A stretch of 64,000 nt of DNA from Leptospiraceae bacterium (GCA_040217195.1 JAVJNR010000005.1:544001-608000), one strand, 5' to 3'; positions 10,162 through 20,560 are shown, counted from the first letter of the stretch. The notes: a model not told the origin generated them from the letters alone. Numbers and translations: made by a program.

Positions 10162-10514
10162 CTCAGAAAGGGTTCCAGATCTTCGGGTACAGGCATGGGG
10201 CGCACCGGGCTAACATTCGAGCCTCCAGTGTTTCCAATCGGCACCCAGAGTCTGGAGACTACCAGTGAGGCCAGGATGCGAAATAGCTGTCCAATCATTT
10301 CGCGCAGGTCACCTCTGTGATAGCCAATCTTGAACATCCACCAGTGGGATTGGGTATGAGCAATCATGTAGGATTGGCTCAGTATATGTACCCGTTCCAA
10401 TCGATAGAAAGCTCGGTCCCATTCTTTTCTTCCGTAGAAGTCCAGGGCTAGTTTCATCTCTTCGTTTAGCTTTTCCATTTGCCTTGAAGGCATCTTCCAT
10501 GTTGTAAGATTCAT
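10158..10514 (-). CDS. DUF3703-like protein
   Basis: LERVHILSQ, HTQSHWWM, PIGNTGGSNVSP-PMPVPEDL; 4-bp overlap with MBL gene. Confidence 0.8.
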   Translation of the reverse strand: MNLTTWKMPSRQMEKLNEEMKLALDFYGRKEWDRAFYRLERVHILSQSYMIAHTQSHWWMFKIGYHRGDLREMIGQLFRILASLVVSRLWVPIGNTGGSNVSPVRPMPVPEDLEPFLS

Positions 10515-10766
10515 GATATTATTCTAGTCCTCTTGATTCTGGAAAACTTGAAGAAACTGGCTATCGGCCTTAAAATTCGGAACATTGGTATTTGCTTCCC
10601 TTGCTGCCATTTCGAAACCGGAAACAGACTTCCCGGGTATAAAAATACAAACCCGGTCTTCACCTTGCTGTGAAACTATTTCCTTTTGAGCAATCATGGG
10701 TAGATCATTAGGATTTGACTGTGGACCGGCGGAAAAAACAATTCAGCCGGGAGTGAGACGTCCAGA

Positions 10767-11522
10767 ATGACTGAAAGAAATTTATTTCTATTTCCGGATC
10801 GCTCGCTGTTTGTAGGGCCCCTCACCGACAACGGAATGCATTCCCATCATGCACTGCAAATTGTGTATTCTCCAGGACCGGTAACCGTTGAACTTGAGAA
10901 GCAGGTCCTGAAGTCTTCGCTTACTGTTATCGGGCCCAACGTCAAACATGCTGTCACGGGAAACCATCCATTGCAGTGTATCCTCCTTCTGGATGGAGAG
11001 AGTTCACTTTGTCAGTCCATCGTCCGCAACTGCCTGGAGAATAAGGAAGTTCTTTCTCTGAGTCTATCCTCCCATGTTCCATTTGATGTATCCAATGGCG
11101 ATTCCCCTTCCAGGTGGATTGAAGGACTTATGACTTTCTTGCCTGGACAGCCACTCCGCGAAAAGACCGTTGCTCTGGATGAGCGAATCGCATCTGCATG
11201 TACCTACATTCAGAATGATCGGGATCTACGGGCTTCCCTGATTGAACTTGCTCAGCATACCGGCTTATCCGAGGGTCGATTTACCCATCTTTTCAAAGAA
11301 CAGATGGGTATTCCACTTCGAAGGTACATACTATGGTTGCGAATCAGGCGAGCCATAGAAGCACTGAAAGAAGGACTGTCCCTCACCGATGCAGCCTATG
11401 AAGCAGGATTCGCGGATCAAGCTCATATGAGCCGGAGTTTTAAGGAGAGTTTCGGTTCCAGTCCCGCTGAACTATTGACAGCCCGGGGAAATGTCAGAAT
11501 TACATTCTGCGCTCCTTCCTGA
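10767..11522 (+). CDS. AraC-family transcriptional regulator
   Basis: N-terminal HSHHALQ cupin; C-terminal LSEGRFTHLFKEQMG...AGFADQAHMSRSFK HTH. Confidence 0.92.
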   Translation: MTERNLFLFPDRSLFVGPLTDNGMHSHHALQIVYSPGPVTVELEKQVLKSSLTVIGPNVKHAVTGNHPLQCILLLDGESSLCQSIVRNCLENKEVLSLSLSSHVPFDVSNGDSPSRWIEGLMTFLPGQPLREKTVALDERIASACTYIQNDRDLRASLIELAQHTGLSEGRFTHLFKEQMGIPLRRYILWLRIRRAIEALKEGLSLTDAAYEAGFADQAHMSRSFKESFGSSPAELLTARGNVRITFCAPS

Positions 11523-11569
11523 ATCGTTACTCTAATGGTTTCCGCAGGTTGCTGACACAAAATTGTTCG

Positions 11570-12097
11570 TTAGATGGTGGAACCGGCTTTGAATCCTTTC
11601 GTCTGGTTTCTGGCTATCCTTTTGCTGTGAGCTCTGGAGGTGCCGATTTTCGAGTCAGTGGATTCCCTGGTATTGTTCATTCCAATGTTTGCAGTCTTGC
11701 CTTCCATTGATTGCACCAGTTCTTTAATCCCTTCAGTTCCTTTATGAGGGTTGCTTCTACAGTGATTCAGCAAAGCATTTACATTCTCTCTAATTACCTG
11801 CAGTGAACGAATCTTCGCATCCAGCTGCTCACTTTTTAAGGCCATTTTCCTTTCCATGGCTTCGGAAGCCTCTTTTCTGGACCGGCCCAGCAATTCCAGA
11901 AACTCTCGGATTTCATACAGACTGAAACCCAGCTTCTTTACCTGATCTACAAAAATCAGAGAATACATGGCCTGCTCGCCGTATTCCTTATAGCTATTCT
12001 CCCGGCGCTGATCGGCACGAATTAATCCATACTTCTCATAATAACGAATTGTATGCCTGCTTATGCCAGTGCGTCTAGATAGCTCCAGAATCAACAT
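11570..12097 (-). CDS. MerR-family regulator (NmlR/AdhR-like by operator)
   Basis: ISRHTIRYYEKYGLI, R-ENSYKEY, LGFSLYEI, coiled coil. Confidence 0.9.
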   Translation of the reverse strand: MLILELSRRTGISRHTIRYYEKYGLIRADQRRENSYKEYGEQAMYSLIFVDQVKKLGFSLYEIREFLELLGRSRKEASEAMERKMALKSEQLDAKIRSLQVIRENVNALLNHCRSNPHKGTEGIKELVQSMEGKTANIGMNNTRESTDSKIGTSRAHSKRIARNQTKGFKAGSTI

Positions 12098-12173
12098 TTG
12101 GTTCTCCTGGCCAAACAGTAACGTCTGCCCTCCCAGGGGTCAGTGATTTTTTTTGTTTTTTACCGGCCGGCCC

Positions 12174-12205
12174 TTGACATTAGAGTTAGCTCTAAGGTAT
12201 AGAAT
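12174..12205 (+). promoter_or_regulatory. MerR-type promoter: TTGACA / 20-bp spacer with TTAGAG-N4-CTCTAA operator / TAGAAT
   Basis: Read directly; over-long spacer with internal dyad is the MerR hallmark; lies between divergent merR and DJ-1 genes. Confidence 0.85.
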
Positions 12206-12289
12206 GTATTCCTGTATCCCGGGCCCGCGGTCATACCCTGTAGAGGGTATCGTTGTGGTGCCGAATCCCTTGGGGATCAGGAGGAATTC

Positions 12290-13243
12290 ATGACTCAGTC
12301 AGATAAGAAGGGCGCAGCCCCGAAAATGGAGCATATGCGAAGTAAGTTAATCGGAATCAATCCGCGGGATGCCATCCCGGGTAGCGAGCCAGGGCTGCCG
12401 ACCTTTAGTTCGAAGAAACGTGCCAGGAGGCGCGTCCAGATGTTTACAGTTGCGGTCACTTTGTGCGCCCTTCTGGGAGTAGCCTGCAGTAACCAGGTCC
12501 TGGGCCAGCCAACCGTGAAAAATAGTCCGGCGCGCGAGGCTCTGGGAAATAAAAAGGTGCTCATCGTAATCTCTGCTTATCCGAAGTACGGCGAATTAGA
12601 TGAGCCCACCGGATACTGGCTTTCCGAAATTACCCATTTCTATCATGTACTGGCCCGGCATGGCATTGAAATGGACATCGCTTCGCCCGGCGGAAAACCA
12701 GGTGTGATGGATCCGCGAAGCGATGATATGGATGATCCTCTGAATGCTGCTTTCTGGAACGATGTAGATTTGAAGTCTCAGCTAGATAATCCACTGGATC
12801 CAGCGGAACTTAATGCGGAAGACTACGGAGTTATCTACTTTGCCGGAGGACATGGAACCATGTGGGATTTCACCGATTCAAAACCACTGTCCCAACTTAC
12901 TGTCAGCATCTATGAAAACGATGGTATCGTTAGCGCCGTATGCCATGGTCCGGCCGGCCTGATCAATGTAAAACTCTCAAATGGCAGTTATCTGCTGCAG
13001 GGCCGTAATGTGACTGGATTCGCCAACTTCGAAGAGACTTTAATCGGAAAAACGGATATGGTGCCCTATCTTCTGGAGGACAAACTTAAAGAACGGGGAG
13101 GAATTTATTCCAATGCATTTATTCCTTTCACCTCATATGCAGTGACGGATGGACGTCTGGTTACAGGCCAGAATCCTTTTTCCACGGTCGATGTGGCCCA
13201 ACATGTCATTCAAGTGCTTTCCTCTCAATCGATGAAACAATGA
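12290..13243 (+). CDS. DJ-1/PfpI (class I GATase-like, Hsp31/glyoxalase III-type) protein with N-terminal lipoprotein-like signal
   Basis: TGYWLSE, AGGHGTMWD, AVCHGPAGL, VTGQNP; RBS AGGAGG; LLGVA-C lipobox. Confidence 0.88.
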   Translation: MTQSDKKGAAPKMEHMRSKLIGINPRDAIPGSEPGLPTFSSKKRARRRVQMFTVAVTLCALLGVACSNQVLGQPTVKNSPAREALGNKKVLIVISAYPKYGELDEPTGYWLSEITHFYHVLARHGIEMDIASPGGKPGVMDPRSDDMDDPLNAAFWNDVDLKSQLDNPLDPAELNAEDYGVIYFAGGHGTMWDFTDSKPLSQLTVSIYENDGIVSAVCHGPAGLINVKLSNGSYLLQGRNVTGFANFEETLIGKTDMVPYLLEDKLKERGGIYSNAFIPFTSYAVTDGRLVTGQNPFSTVDVAQHVIQVLSSQSMKQ

Positions 13244-13402
13244 AAGCCGGGTTTCGCTTCAGATAGGCGTGACCCTGACTGAAAGAGATATGCTCAGGGT
13301 AATAAGAAAAAAGCCGGGGCAGGAAACTGGCGCACAACAATTTAGGCCGTGCAATGTATCCCCTGGACAGGCTCCGGACCCCTGGGGGCCCGGAGCGATC
13401 TG

Positions 13403-15091
13403 TCAGGCTGCTGCGCCGGCCTTCTCCCTGGCGGGCTTTGGCGCCGCATGTCGTATGAGGTAGTCGAATGCGCTCAAGGAAGCGGTAGCTCCATGCCCCA
13501 GAGCCACAACGATTTGCTTGTAGGGAACGTTTGTCACATCACCGCAGGCAAATACTCCCGGCACATTCGTCTGGCACTTTTCATCCACAAGGATTTCGCC
13601 CATTGTGTTTAGATTCAGAAATCCTTCTGCGAATCCGCTGTTGGGCAGCAATCCGATCTGGACAAATATTCCGTCCACTTTCAGTTCTCTGGTTTCGCCG
13701 GAATCTCGATCTGTATACTGCAAACCGGTAACTCCTTTTTCATCGGCAATCACTTCTGTAGTCATGGCAGACTTGATAACAGCAATGTTTTCCCGGTCCT
13801 CCATGCGAGATTGCAGAACCTGATCTGCCTTTAACTCCGGAGCAAACTCCAGCACAGTGACACTCTTGGTAATTCCAGCCAGGTCCAGGGCCGCTTCTAC
13901 CCCGGAGTTTCCTCCGCCTATAACCGCCACATCTTTTCCTTTGAAGAAAGGACCATCGCAGTGAGGACAGAAGGCAACGCCTCGACCCAGGTTTTCCATT
14001 TCTCCTGGAACGTTCATTTCCCGCCATCGGGCACCGGTAGCCACAATTACGGTTCGAGAGCGGACTTCACGGCCGGTATTTAGATGCAGGGATTTAGTAT
14101 CCCCCAGATCCTCCATTGATTCCACGCGAAGATGTTCGCGAACCACAACTCCGTGGGCCTTCAATTGCTCGGCCAGTGTACCGGACAATTTTGGTCCCGT
14201 GGTGCTGGGTATGGCCACTAGATTTTCAATGTCCATTGTATCTTTGACCTGTCCACCCAGGCGATCTGCGATAACGGTAACTTTCAGCCCTTTCCTTGCA
14301 CTGTAGATGGCCGCTGCAACTCCGCCTGGACCTCCACCAACGATGGCCACGTCGAACACTTCATTGGAGGCCCTGGTTGCTTCTGCATCCCTGGAAGACT
14401 CTTCACCGGCCACAGGAGACTTGCCGGATTTCGGTGGAACGGATGCAGAACTCTGGTTCGCGGCTCGTTCCATAAGCCTGGAGATAATGGTGGAAGCATC
14501 CACCTTACCCGAGCTGAACGGTTCTCCATTTAGGAAGACAGCGGGTACTCCCTGCACCTTGTATTTTTCCACAACCTCCGGATACAACGATCCATCAATC
14601 ATATCGTGACTTATGGCTCCACTGACCAGGCTCAATGAATTCAAAGTTTGAACCACATCTGGACAGTTATGGCAATCCAGAGAAACCACAGTTTCAAAAT
14701 GCAGCTCTCCGCCAAGCCGGGACATCATATCGATTACATCTTCATCCAGCCGAACCGGAACACCTCCGGCCTGCAGAATGGCCAGAATCAAAGAGTTGAA
14801 TTCATGGCCGCCGGGAACTCCACGAAAACGAATCCCGGTAGACTCTCCTGCAGAAAGTACATAAAAAGTTAAGCCATCAGAATTAGATTCGGTGTATCCG
14901 GAGCCGGAGAACTTTTCGCTGCTTTCAGCCTCTATAAGTTCTACCTTCGGCGAAGCAGAGGCCACACCCTGAAGCATTCCCATTAACTCCTGGCGCTTTT
15001 CATGTTCACCGGAATGCAAAACCAGGGTTACTTCCTTTTCCAGTCTTTCGAAATATTGCTTTAATTGCTCGATCAGTTGATTGTCTAACAT
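13403..15091 (-). CDS. ahpF: Alkyl hydroperoxide reductase subunit F
   Basis: [42 protein letters not shown]. Confidence 0.97.
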   Translation of the reverse strand: MLDNQLIEQLKQYFERLEKEVTLVLHSGEHEKRQELMGMLQGVASASPKVELIEAESSEKFSGSGYTESNSDGLTFYVLSAGESTGIRFRGVPGGHEFNSLILAILQAGGVPVRLDEDVIDMMSRLGGELHFETVVSLDCHNCPDVVQTLNSLSLVSGAISHDMIDGSLYPEVVEKYKVQGVPAVFLNGEPFSSGKVDASTIISRLMERAANQSSASVPPKSGKSPVAGEESSRDAEATRASNEVFDVAIVGGGPGGVAAAIYSARKGLKVTVIADRLGGQVKDTMDIENLVAIPSTTGPKLSGTLAEQLKAHGVVVREHLRVESMEDLGDTKSLHLNTGREVRSRTVIVATGARWREMNVPGEMENLGRGVAFCPHCDGPFFKGKDVAVIGGGNSGVEAALDLAGITKSVTVLEFAPELKADQVLQSRMEDRENIAVIKSAMTTEVIADEKGVTGLQYTDRDSGETRELKVDGIFVQIGLLPNSGFAEGFLNLNTMGEILVDEKCQTNVPGVFACGDVTNVPYKQIVVALGHGATASLSAFDYLIRHAAPKPAREKAGAAA

Positions 15092-15175
15092 ACCGTCCTC
15101 CTCCAGTTTCTAACGCCGGCCCGAATAAAGTTTCGAACCGGGCTAGCGCTCTTAATCAAATTTAAATAATTGCAG

Positions 15176-15197
15176 GCCCGGGTATAGCCGCCCGGGC
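15176..15197. other. GC-rich hairpin between ahpC and ahpF (partial terminator or mRNA stabiliser)
   Basis: GCCCGGG-N8-CCCGGGC. Confidence 0.4.
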
Positions 15198-15235
15198 ATC
15201 GGCTTAAAAATGGTTCAGATGCTCTTAAATGTATC

Positions 15236-15799
15236 TTAGATCTTGCCTACAAGGTCCAGACCGGGCTTAAGAGTTTCTTTTCCTGGCTGCCAATTTGCAG
15301 GGCATACTTCGCCGTCATTGGCTGCAACATACTGAGCTGCTTTCACTTTACGAACCAGCTCGTCAGCAGAACGACCAATTCCATCGCTGTGCACTTCGTA
15401 AGCGCGAACGATTCCTTCCGGATCCACTACAAAGCTTCCTCGGAAAGCCAGTCCCACTTCTTCATCCATCACGTCGAAACCTCGAGTAAGTTCCCCTTTG
15501 GGATCACCCAGCATTGGAAATTGAATCTTCTTGATGGTATCCGATGCTTCATGCCATGCTTTGTGCACGAAATGAGTGTCTGTGGACACCGAGTAAACTT
15601 CTACACCAGCGCTTTTAAGATCCTCATAGTGATCTGCTACATCACCCAGCTCAGTGGGGCATACGAAAGTGAAATCAGCCGGATAAAAGAAAAACACCGA
15701 CCATTTACCCTTCACATCCTCTGAAGTAATAGATTTGAATTCGCCTTCATGAAAGGCTTCCAGTTTGAAATGTGGAATTGCTTGATTGATTTTTGCCAT
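15236..15799 (-). CDS. ahpC: Alkyl hydroperoxide reductase subunit C (2-Cys peroxiredoxin)
   Basis: [13 protein letters not shown] and [11 protein letters not shown] 15799 with AGGAGG RBS. Confidence 0.97.
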   Translation of the reverse strand: MAKINQAIPHFKLEAFHEGEFKSITSEDVKGKWSVFFFYPADFTFVCPTELGDVADHYEDLKSAGVEVYSVSTDTHFVHKAWHEASDTIKKIQFPMLGDPKGELTRGFDVMDEEVGLAFRGSFVVDPEGIVRAYEVHSDGIGRSADELVRKVKAAQYVAANDGEVCPANWQPGKETLKPGLDLVGKI

Positions 15800-15822
15800 T
15801 TGGCTACCTCCTAACTGCACTC

Positions 15823-15887
15823 AGTATACATCAGAAGGACGCATTTACAAAATATATTGTATCAATCAATACATAGCTAAAATCAAT
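15823..15887 (-). promoter_or_regulatory. Putative ahpC promoter with upstream OxyR-type boxes
   Basis: Minus-strand TTGTAA (15850-15845) and TATACT (15828-15823); ATTG-N7-CAAT (15856-15870) and ATAG-N7-CAAT (15873-15887) resemble ATAG-N7-CTAT. Confidence 0.6.
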
Positions 15888-16064
15888 ACAGAGGCAGAGG
15901 CAATGCCAGGATTCCACCTCAGAGACTGATTGGATGTGTATTGGGGAAAGGCCGTTCCTCCGGGCATTAGTCCGGCCCTTGAATGTGTCCACAGTTGATC
16001 AAGGAGGTCGTGCCAGGAGTAGTAATTACCTCGGCCACGGCCAGGACTGCAAAGAAGGTTCGTT

Positions 16065-16673
16065 TCAGTGCCTGCAGTATGCAAAAAATGGTAGAATCCA
16101 ATCCTCGCAAAAATTGATCAGGCCCAGTTGGATGGCCGAGCTGCCGGTGTTTATAAGACCAATCTGGATGCCTGCCCCAACATTCACCGGAGCAATGCTA
16201 ACGTAGGACCATCCGAAATTAATCAGTCCAAGCTGAAGAGCACTGCTGGCAGTTTCATTGTAAAGCCCCACATTCAGGCCAGATATAAGCGTCTGATTGA
16301 CCAGCCCAAGATTCAGCCCGGACATGGCCGACCGATTTACGGCTCCAGCACTGATAAAAGCGGCCCCGCTTTCGTTGTACCCACCAACATTTAGAACTGC
16401 GAATTCATTTTCTCCGGAAATCAGATTCAGTTGTAAAAAGCGTTCCCGTTTCTCTCTTTCCTGTGGAGGAATGGATAGCTCAACGTCCGAAATAATGGAA
16501 AATGCAATGCAATTTCCTGTGAGCCACATAGCGGCAAGGAGCAGGCCACCGCGAAGGCAGTAAAGGGTGGCTCGCTGCAAATCGACGTTTACGCTCTTTT
16601 TTGATTCTTGGATTTTGCATATTTCCAGTTCCTGGATTGTCCTCGAACAAAATTTCTCGGATCCTACCACCAT
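16065..16673 (-). CDS. LA_2272-like surface repeat lipoprotein (true start probably downstream of 16673)
   Basis: Repeats GLNLGLVN/GLNVGLYN/LQLGLIN/IQIGLIN; C-terminal ILPFF; LTGN-C. Confidence 0.65.
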   Translation of the reverse strand: MVVGSEKFCSRTIQELEICKIQESKKSVNVDLQRATLYCLRGGLLLAAMWLTGNCIAFSIISDVELSIPPQEREKRERFLQLNLISGENEFAVLNVGGYNESGAAFISAGAVNRSAMSGLNLGLVNQTLISGLNVGLYNETASSALQLGLINFGWSYVSIAPVNVGAGIQIGLINTGSSAIQLGLINFCEDWILPFFAYCRH

Positions 16674-16682
16674 CGATAAATA

Positions 16683-17600
16683 TCAGTCCAGCACATCTTC
16701 GGCACCGATGAGCTTTCGATCCTTTTGCTGATGCAGATCCTCCGGAACATTGGCCAGGATGGTTTCCTGAAGAGCCTTCAATAGTCGGCTTTTATAGAAT
16801 GATTTTCCATGAATGATTCCAATCTCTCGAACCGGCTCTGGATCCTGAAATCGCACAACTCGATCGCTTTTAAGGTTGGCCGAAAGTAACGGTAGAAGCG
16901 TGGCCCCCATTCCCTGATCGACCATTTTCTTAATCGTATCCAGGCTGCCACATTCGATTTTGCCTGCATTACCCTGGCCGCATAATTTCAATGATTGGTG
17001 GCGAAAACAGTGCTCCTCGCCCAGAAGAATCATATCGGTTCCCTGAAGATCATCCAGTGCAATTCGCTTCTCAGGTACTTTCGCATCTGGCGGGAAATAC
17101 ACTACAAAAGGCTCATAGTAGAGCGGAAGCTCATCGATCATTCGCTCATTCAAAGGCGTGGCCAGAATCCCAAGGTCCAATTCTTCATTTTGAATCTTCT
17201 GTAAAATCTGGCTGGTGGGCAGTTCATGGATATAGAACTCGGCTTCAGGATATTTCACCTTTAACTTCTTGAATATTTTTGGCAGCAAGTAGGAAGAAAC
17301 CGTGGGAATAATGCCGAGTCTGATTTTCCCGCGAAGAGCTCCTGTATCATCTTCAAATTCCTCAAGCAATGAATCCGCTTCGTCCAGTATTCGACGAGCA
17401 TAGGCCTCCACCTTCTTTCCAGGCTCGGTCAGTCGGATGGGACTCTTCTTTCGATCAAATATTTCTATGCCCAGTTCTTGCTCCAGTTTTTGAATCTGAA
17501 TGCTTAGAGTGGGTTGCGCCACCAGACTGTGTTGTGCGGCCTTACCAAAGCTTCCGTGCCGTGCCAGAGCCAGCACGTATCTCAACTGCGTAAGGGTCAT
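16683..17600 (-). CDS. oxyR: Hydrogen peroxide-inducible LysR regulator
   Basis: LysR HTH (AQPTLSIQIQKLE); redox motif EEHCFRHQSLKLC (C-X8-C); near ahpCF. Confidence 0.88.
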   Translation of the reverse strand: MTLTQLRYVLALARHGSFGKAAQHSLVAQPTLSIQIQKLEQELGIEIFDRKKSPIRLTEPGKKVEAYARRILDEADSLLEEFEDDTGALRGKIRLGIIPTVSSYLLPKIFKKLKVKYPEAEFYIHELPTSQILQKIQNEELDLGILATPLNERMIDELPLYYEPFVVYFPPDAKVPEKRIALDDLQGTDMILLGEEHCFRHQSLKLCGQGNAGKIECGSLDTIKKMVDQGMGATLLPLLSANLKSDRVVRFQDPEPVREIGIIHGKSFYKSRLLKALQETILANVPEDLHQQKDRKLIGAEDVLD

Positions 17601-17760
17601 GGTTCAGAAAAACCGGACCGGCCCCGTGCAGACCAGCCATTTCTAAACCGGAATCTTTACCAGAAATCTCATTTTCTTCCCCGCTTTAAAATCCAGGTCC
17701 AATCATATGAACTATGTCATTCCTTCGATCGGGTACTCCGGTCTAAGCGATTGACAGTAA

Positions 17761-18681
17761 ATGCATGCGAGCTTCAATGCTATCATGAGCATTCGTTTCA
17801 GAAATTGGGCACCATTGACTGTACTAATTGCAGCCCTACTTCTTCCCAGCCCGGATTCGGCCAGGGCCGAGGACCTGCCAGGTCATGTTAGTTACAGTTC
17901 TCTTTGCTGCCTGATCGAAACGTTGAAGTCTGATGGTATCAAGTTCACATTTGAAACCGGGGAGATCCAGCAACTGGATGATAAGGCCATCTCCCATTGG
18001 GAAGGCCGTACCTTCTTATTTATGAAGCCTGAAAACGCCAGACAGTTGTTTTCCATGAAAATTCAATCCGCGCGCCAACGGTTGCAGAGGCAGCATCTAG
18101 AACATACAACGGTTGAGTTTCAAAGATTGAGATTGGGGAAAAGAAGCTTTCTACTAAGTGTTTATAGCACAAGTCCCGTAAGCCGTGCCACAGCGGTATG
18201 GACTTCCAATGCAGAGTTTAGATTCAGCGTACAGGGTGATCTGCTGGCTGTCGATCCTCCGAACTGGAAACGCAAGACTTTCCGACTCTATTTCTGGAAT
18301 CCTACAGGTTCTGACCTGGCAATCGTTGATTATACTCCTGAGAAGGGAATTTTCGATCCCATCCTTGCAGTATTTCATTCTGATGGGACCTTTAGCGATG
18401 GTAGCAAGAACGATCCATTTATTCCGGTAATGCGCAAGCAGTACAATCTGGAAGAGTCCATAGAACTATTTGATCATTTTAGCAGTTTTCGCCAGGCGAA
18501 GGGAACTTTGAAAGCCAGAACAAATTTCTGGCTTCTGGCCAATCAGAAGGAATGGAATTTAATCGCCTACAGGATGCAGCCTGATCCATCCAGGAATGAA
18601 AAAGAGGCTGTCTTTCAGCCAGAGACATTTTTTGCAGAAGTGCTATTTACAACGGCCTGGATTCGCAAAGATCTGGATTAG
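17761..18681 (+). CDS. Hypothetical exported protein
   Basis: 306-aa ORF, signal-like LTVLIAALLLPSPDSARA; no motif recognised. Confidence 0.6.
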   Translation: MHASFNAIMSIRFRNWAPLTVLIAALLLPSPDSARAEDLPGHVSYSSLCCLIETLKSDGIKFTFETGEIQQLDDKAISHWEGRTFLFMKPENARQLFSMKIQSARQRLQRQHLEHTTVEFQRLRLGKRSFLLSVYSTSPVSRATAVWTSNAEFRFSVQGDLLAVDPPNWKRKTFRLYFWNPTGSDLAIVDYTPEKGIFDPILAVFHSDGTFSDGSKNDPFIPVMRKQYNLEESIELFDHFSSFRQAKGTLKARTNFWLLANQKEWNLIAYRMQPDPSRNEKEAVFQPETFFAEVLFTTAWIRKDLD

Positions 18682-18690
18682 ACTGAGGGA

Positions 18691-19692
18691 TTAATCGAGC
18701 CAGCGATACCCCGGCACTCTTAAAAAATTCTTTTCAACCATTGCCTGGGCCACCTCAATTTGCTGCTCATGGCCGTATCTATACGTAGTCAGCTTGCCCC
18801 GAAATCGACCACCCAGCTCCGACTCTACGATCTTCAGAAATGCCATCACATCGATCAGTTCATGCAGAATGAATTCATAATTATGTCCATTCCATTCAAA
18901 TGATTCCCGGGGATTTCTCAGACCATTTACATCGGCAAATAATACATTGGATTCGCTTACAGGAAATGGCAATGCGCCGGCACGAGCACCGCGAATAATG
19001 TCATCCGTCTCCTGCACAGAACGGAAAGAGGGTGTACGAGCTCTTGCAAGGAAAAAGAAAAACTGAGGATTGATTTCTACCTGGATGCGCTGCCGGCCCA
19101 GAACACCGGGGTAGTCAATTTCATGATCAATAAATAGTGCTCGATCATCCGGTTCAATCAAACAATAACCGGTTTCGAATCTGAAGGCCACCGGCGCAGC
19201 TACCGTGAAATGGCTGGCTCTACGACGGGTCTTTCGCACGTGATGCAAAAGAGCATCAAGAAAAGGACCGTTACAGTCATCGAATGTGGGGAAACTGGAC
19301 AGAGTAATGCCTATGTCCACGTCCAGGTTCAATGCATGCATAAGAGCGATTGGATGTTCAATAATCTTGATGGGGCCAAGCTGAATATTGTTCGTACCAT
19401 GGATCAAATTTCTTGGTCGAAGAGCTCGTCCCCGGCTTTTTCCATCCTCCAGGTAGAACATGGGCCTGCTGCCCTTCTGGGGATAAAAGGTAATTCGCAC
19501 TGGAGCATTTTCGAAAGTAGCCGTTCCTTCCACGGAAAGTGGCTTCCGCACGGTCCAGACGATTCCGGGATCCCAGTCCACATCGGCTGCAAAATGCTCG
19601 GGCACCTGAATGGGCTCGCTGCGCCCGCGAATCATGGGATGCCACTGGGTCTTTTTGTGCAAAACTTCCATAGAAACAGGGCATTGTACCAA
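18691..19692 (-). CDS. Divergent LpxC-like zinc deacetylase
   Basis: IIEHPIAL (cf. TVEHLLAAL), FPTFD (cf. PIxDGS), ARARTPSF (cf. ARTFGF), EFILHELID (cf. ExVRHKxLD), YGH (cf. SGH). Confidence 0.72.
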   Translation of the reverse strand: MVQCPVSMEVLHKKTQWHPMIRGRSEPIQVPEHFAADVDWDPGIVWTVRKPLSVEGTATFENAPVRITFYPQKGSRPMFYLEDGKSRGRALRPRNLIHGTNNIQLGPIKIIEHPIALMHALNLDVDIGITLSSFPTFDDCNGPFLDALLHHVRKTRRRASHFTVAAPVAFRFETGYCLIEPDDRALFIDHEIDYPGVLGRQRIQVEINPQFFFFLARARTPSFRSVQETDDIIRGARAGALPFPVSESNVLFADVNGLRNPRESFEWNGHNYEFILHELIDVMAFLKIVESELGGRFRGKLTTYRYGHEQQIEVAQAMVEKNFLRVPGYRWLD

Positions 19693-19822
19693 GCTGTCAT
19701 GTTCTGTCAGTGCTTTTCTAATTCCTTCTTAAAGTGTATTATTATGCCTGCAGCCAGAGAAAAAGGTGCGAACTAATTTCAATTCTGCTTGGCCCTGGCG
19801 AGCATTTGTAGATTCTGCGGCC

Positions 19823-20389
19823 ATGATTCGAAACGCTTTATTAATGGCTGCGGCCATAATGCTATCGCTCACTGTGTCCTGCGAAACAGAAGACAGCGCA
19901 ATAACTCTGTACGGTGGCGCTCCTTCCGGTTTAGTCATTCGCAGCGAACCGACTACTACAGGCGAAAAGCTGGGTTTACTAGAATTTGGAGAGCCGGCAG
20001 AAGTGGTGGAGCAAAAAGAAGAGTCTCTGACTATTCAGGGAAAAACAGGTAAATGGACCAAAATTCGACAGGGATCTGTAGAGGGCTGGGTCTTCGGTGG
20101 ATTCCTGCTGGCCAATCCCCCGGAACAGAAGAAGGGGCAAAAAGACCTTCCCACCGTCACTTCCCTGCAATCCGGAGACGTTGGATGCTACGTAGAATTG
20201 ACCTATCCGGATGGGAAAACGGAAACCTGGCTGGGCTATTTTGATGTATGCGAAGAGTCTATTCTTAATAAGAAGATAAAATTTACCATAAAGAAAGGTC
20301 AGGTCATGGCAGATTCCTGTATGGGCGACCCGGAATGCCCGGATACAGAGGAAGCGGATTTAATCAGCACTGTAACTGTCGTTGAATGA
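19823..20389 (+). CDS. SH3b-domain lipoprotein
   Basis: LTVS-C lipobox; GLVIRSEP...W-K...EGWVFGGFL SH3b signature; Cys-rich C-terminal domain. Confidence 0.8.
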   Translation: MIRNALLMAAAIMLSLTVSCETEDSAITLYGGAPSGLVIRSEPTTTGEKLGLLEFGEPAEVVEQKEESLTIQGKTGKWTKIRQGSVEGWVFGGFLLANPPEQKKGQKDLPTVTSLQSGDVGCYVELTYPDGKTETWLGYFDVCEESILNKKIKFTIKKGQVMADSCMGDPECPDTEEADLISTVTVVE

Positions 20390-20560
20390 CCTTTCAAAAA
20401 TATAATTCAAGAAGATTACAGTCTGGCTTGCCGGGCACTACTCGACAGTGCTCCGGCGCAGGCCTTACTTCTGTTCTGTCGAAACCTTTTTCGGTATACT
20501 ATTTCAGGTTTTCAGAGATTTGAATTCCGCTGGTACAGGAAGTACGAGCTCAGGAAACAA

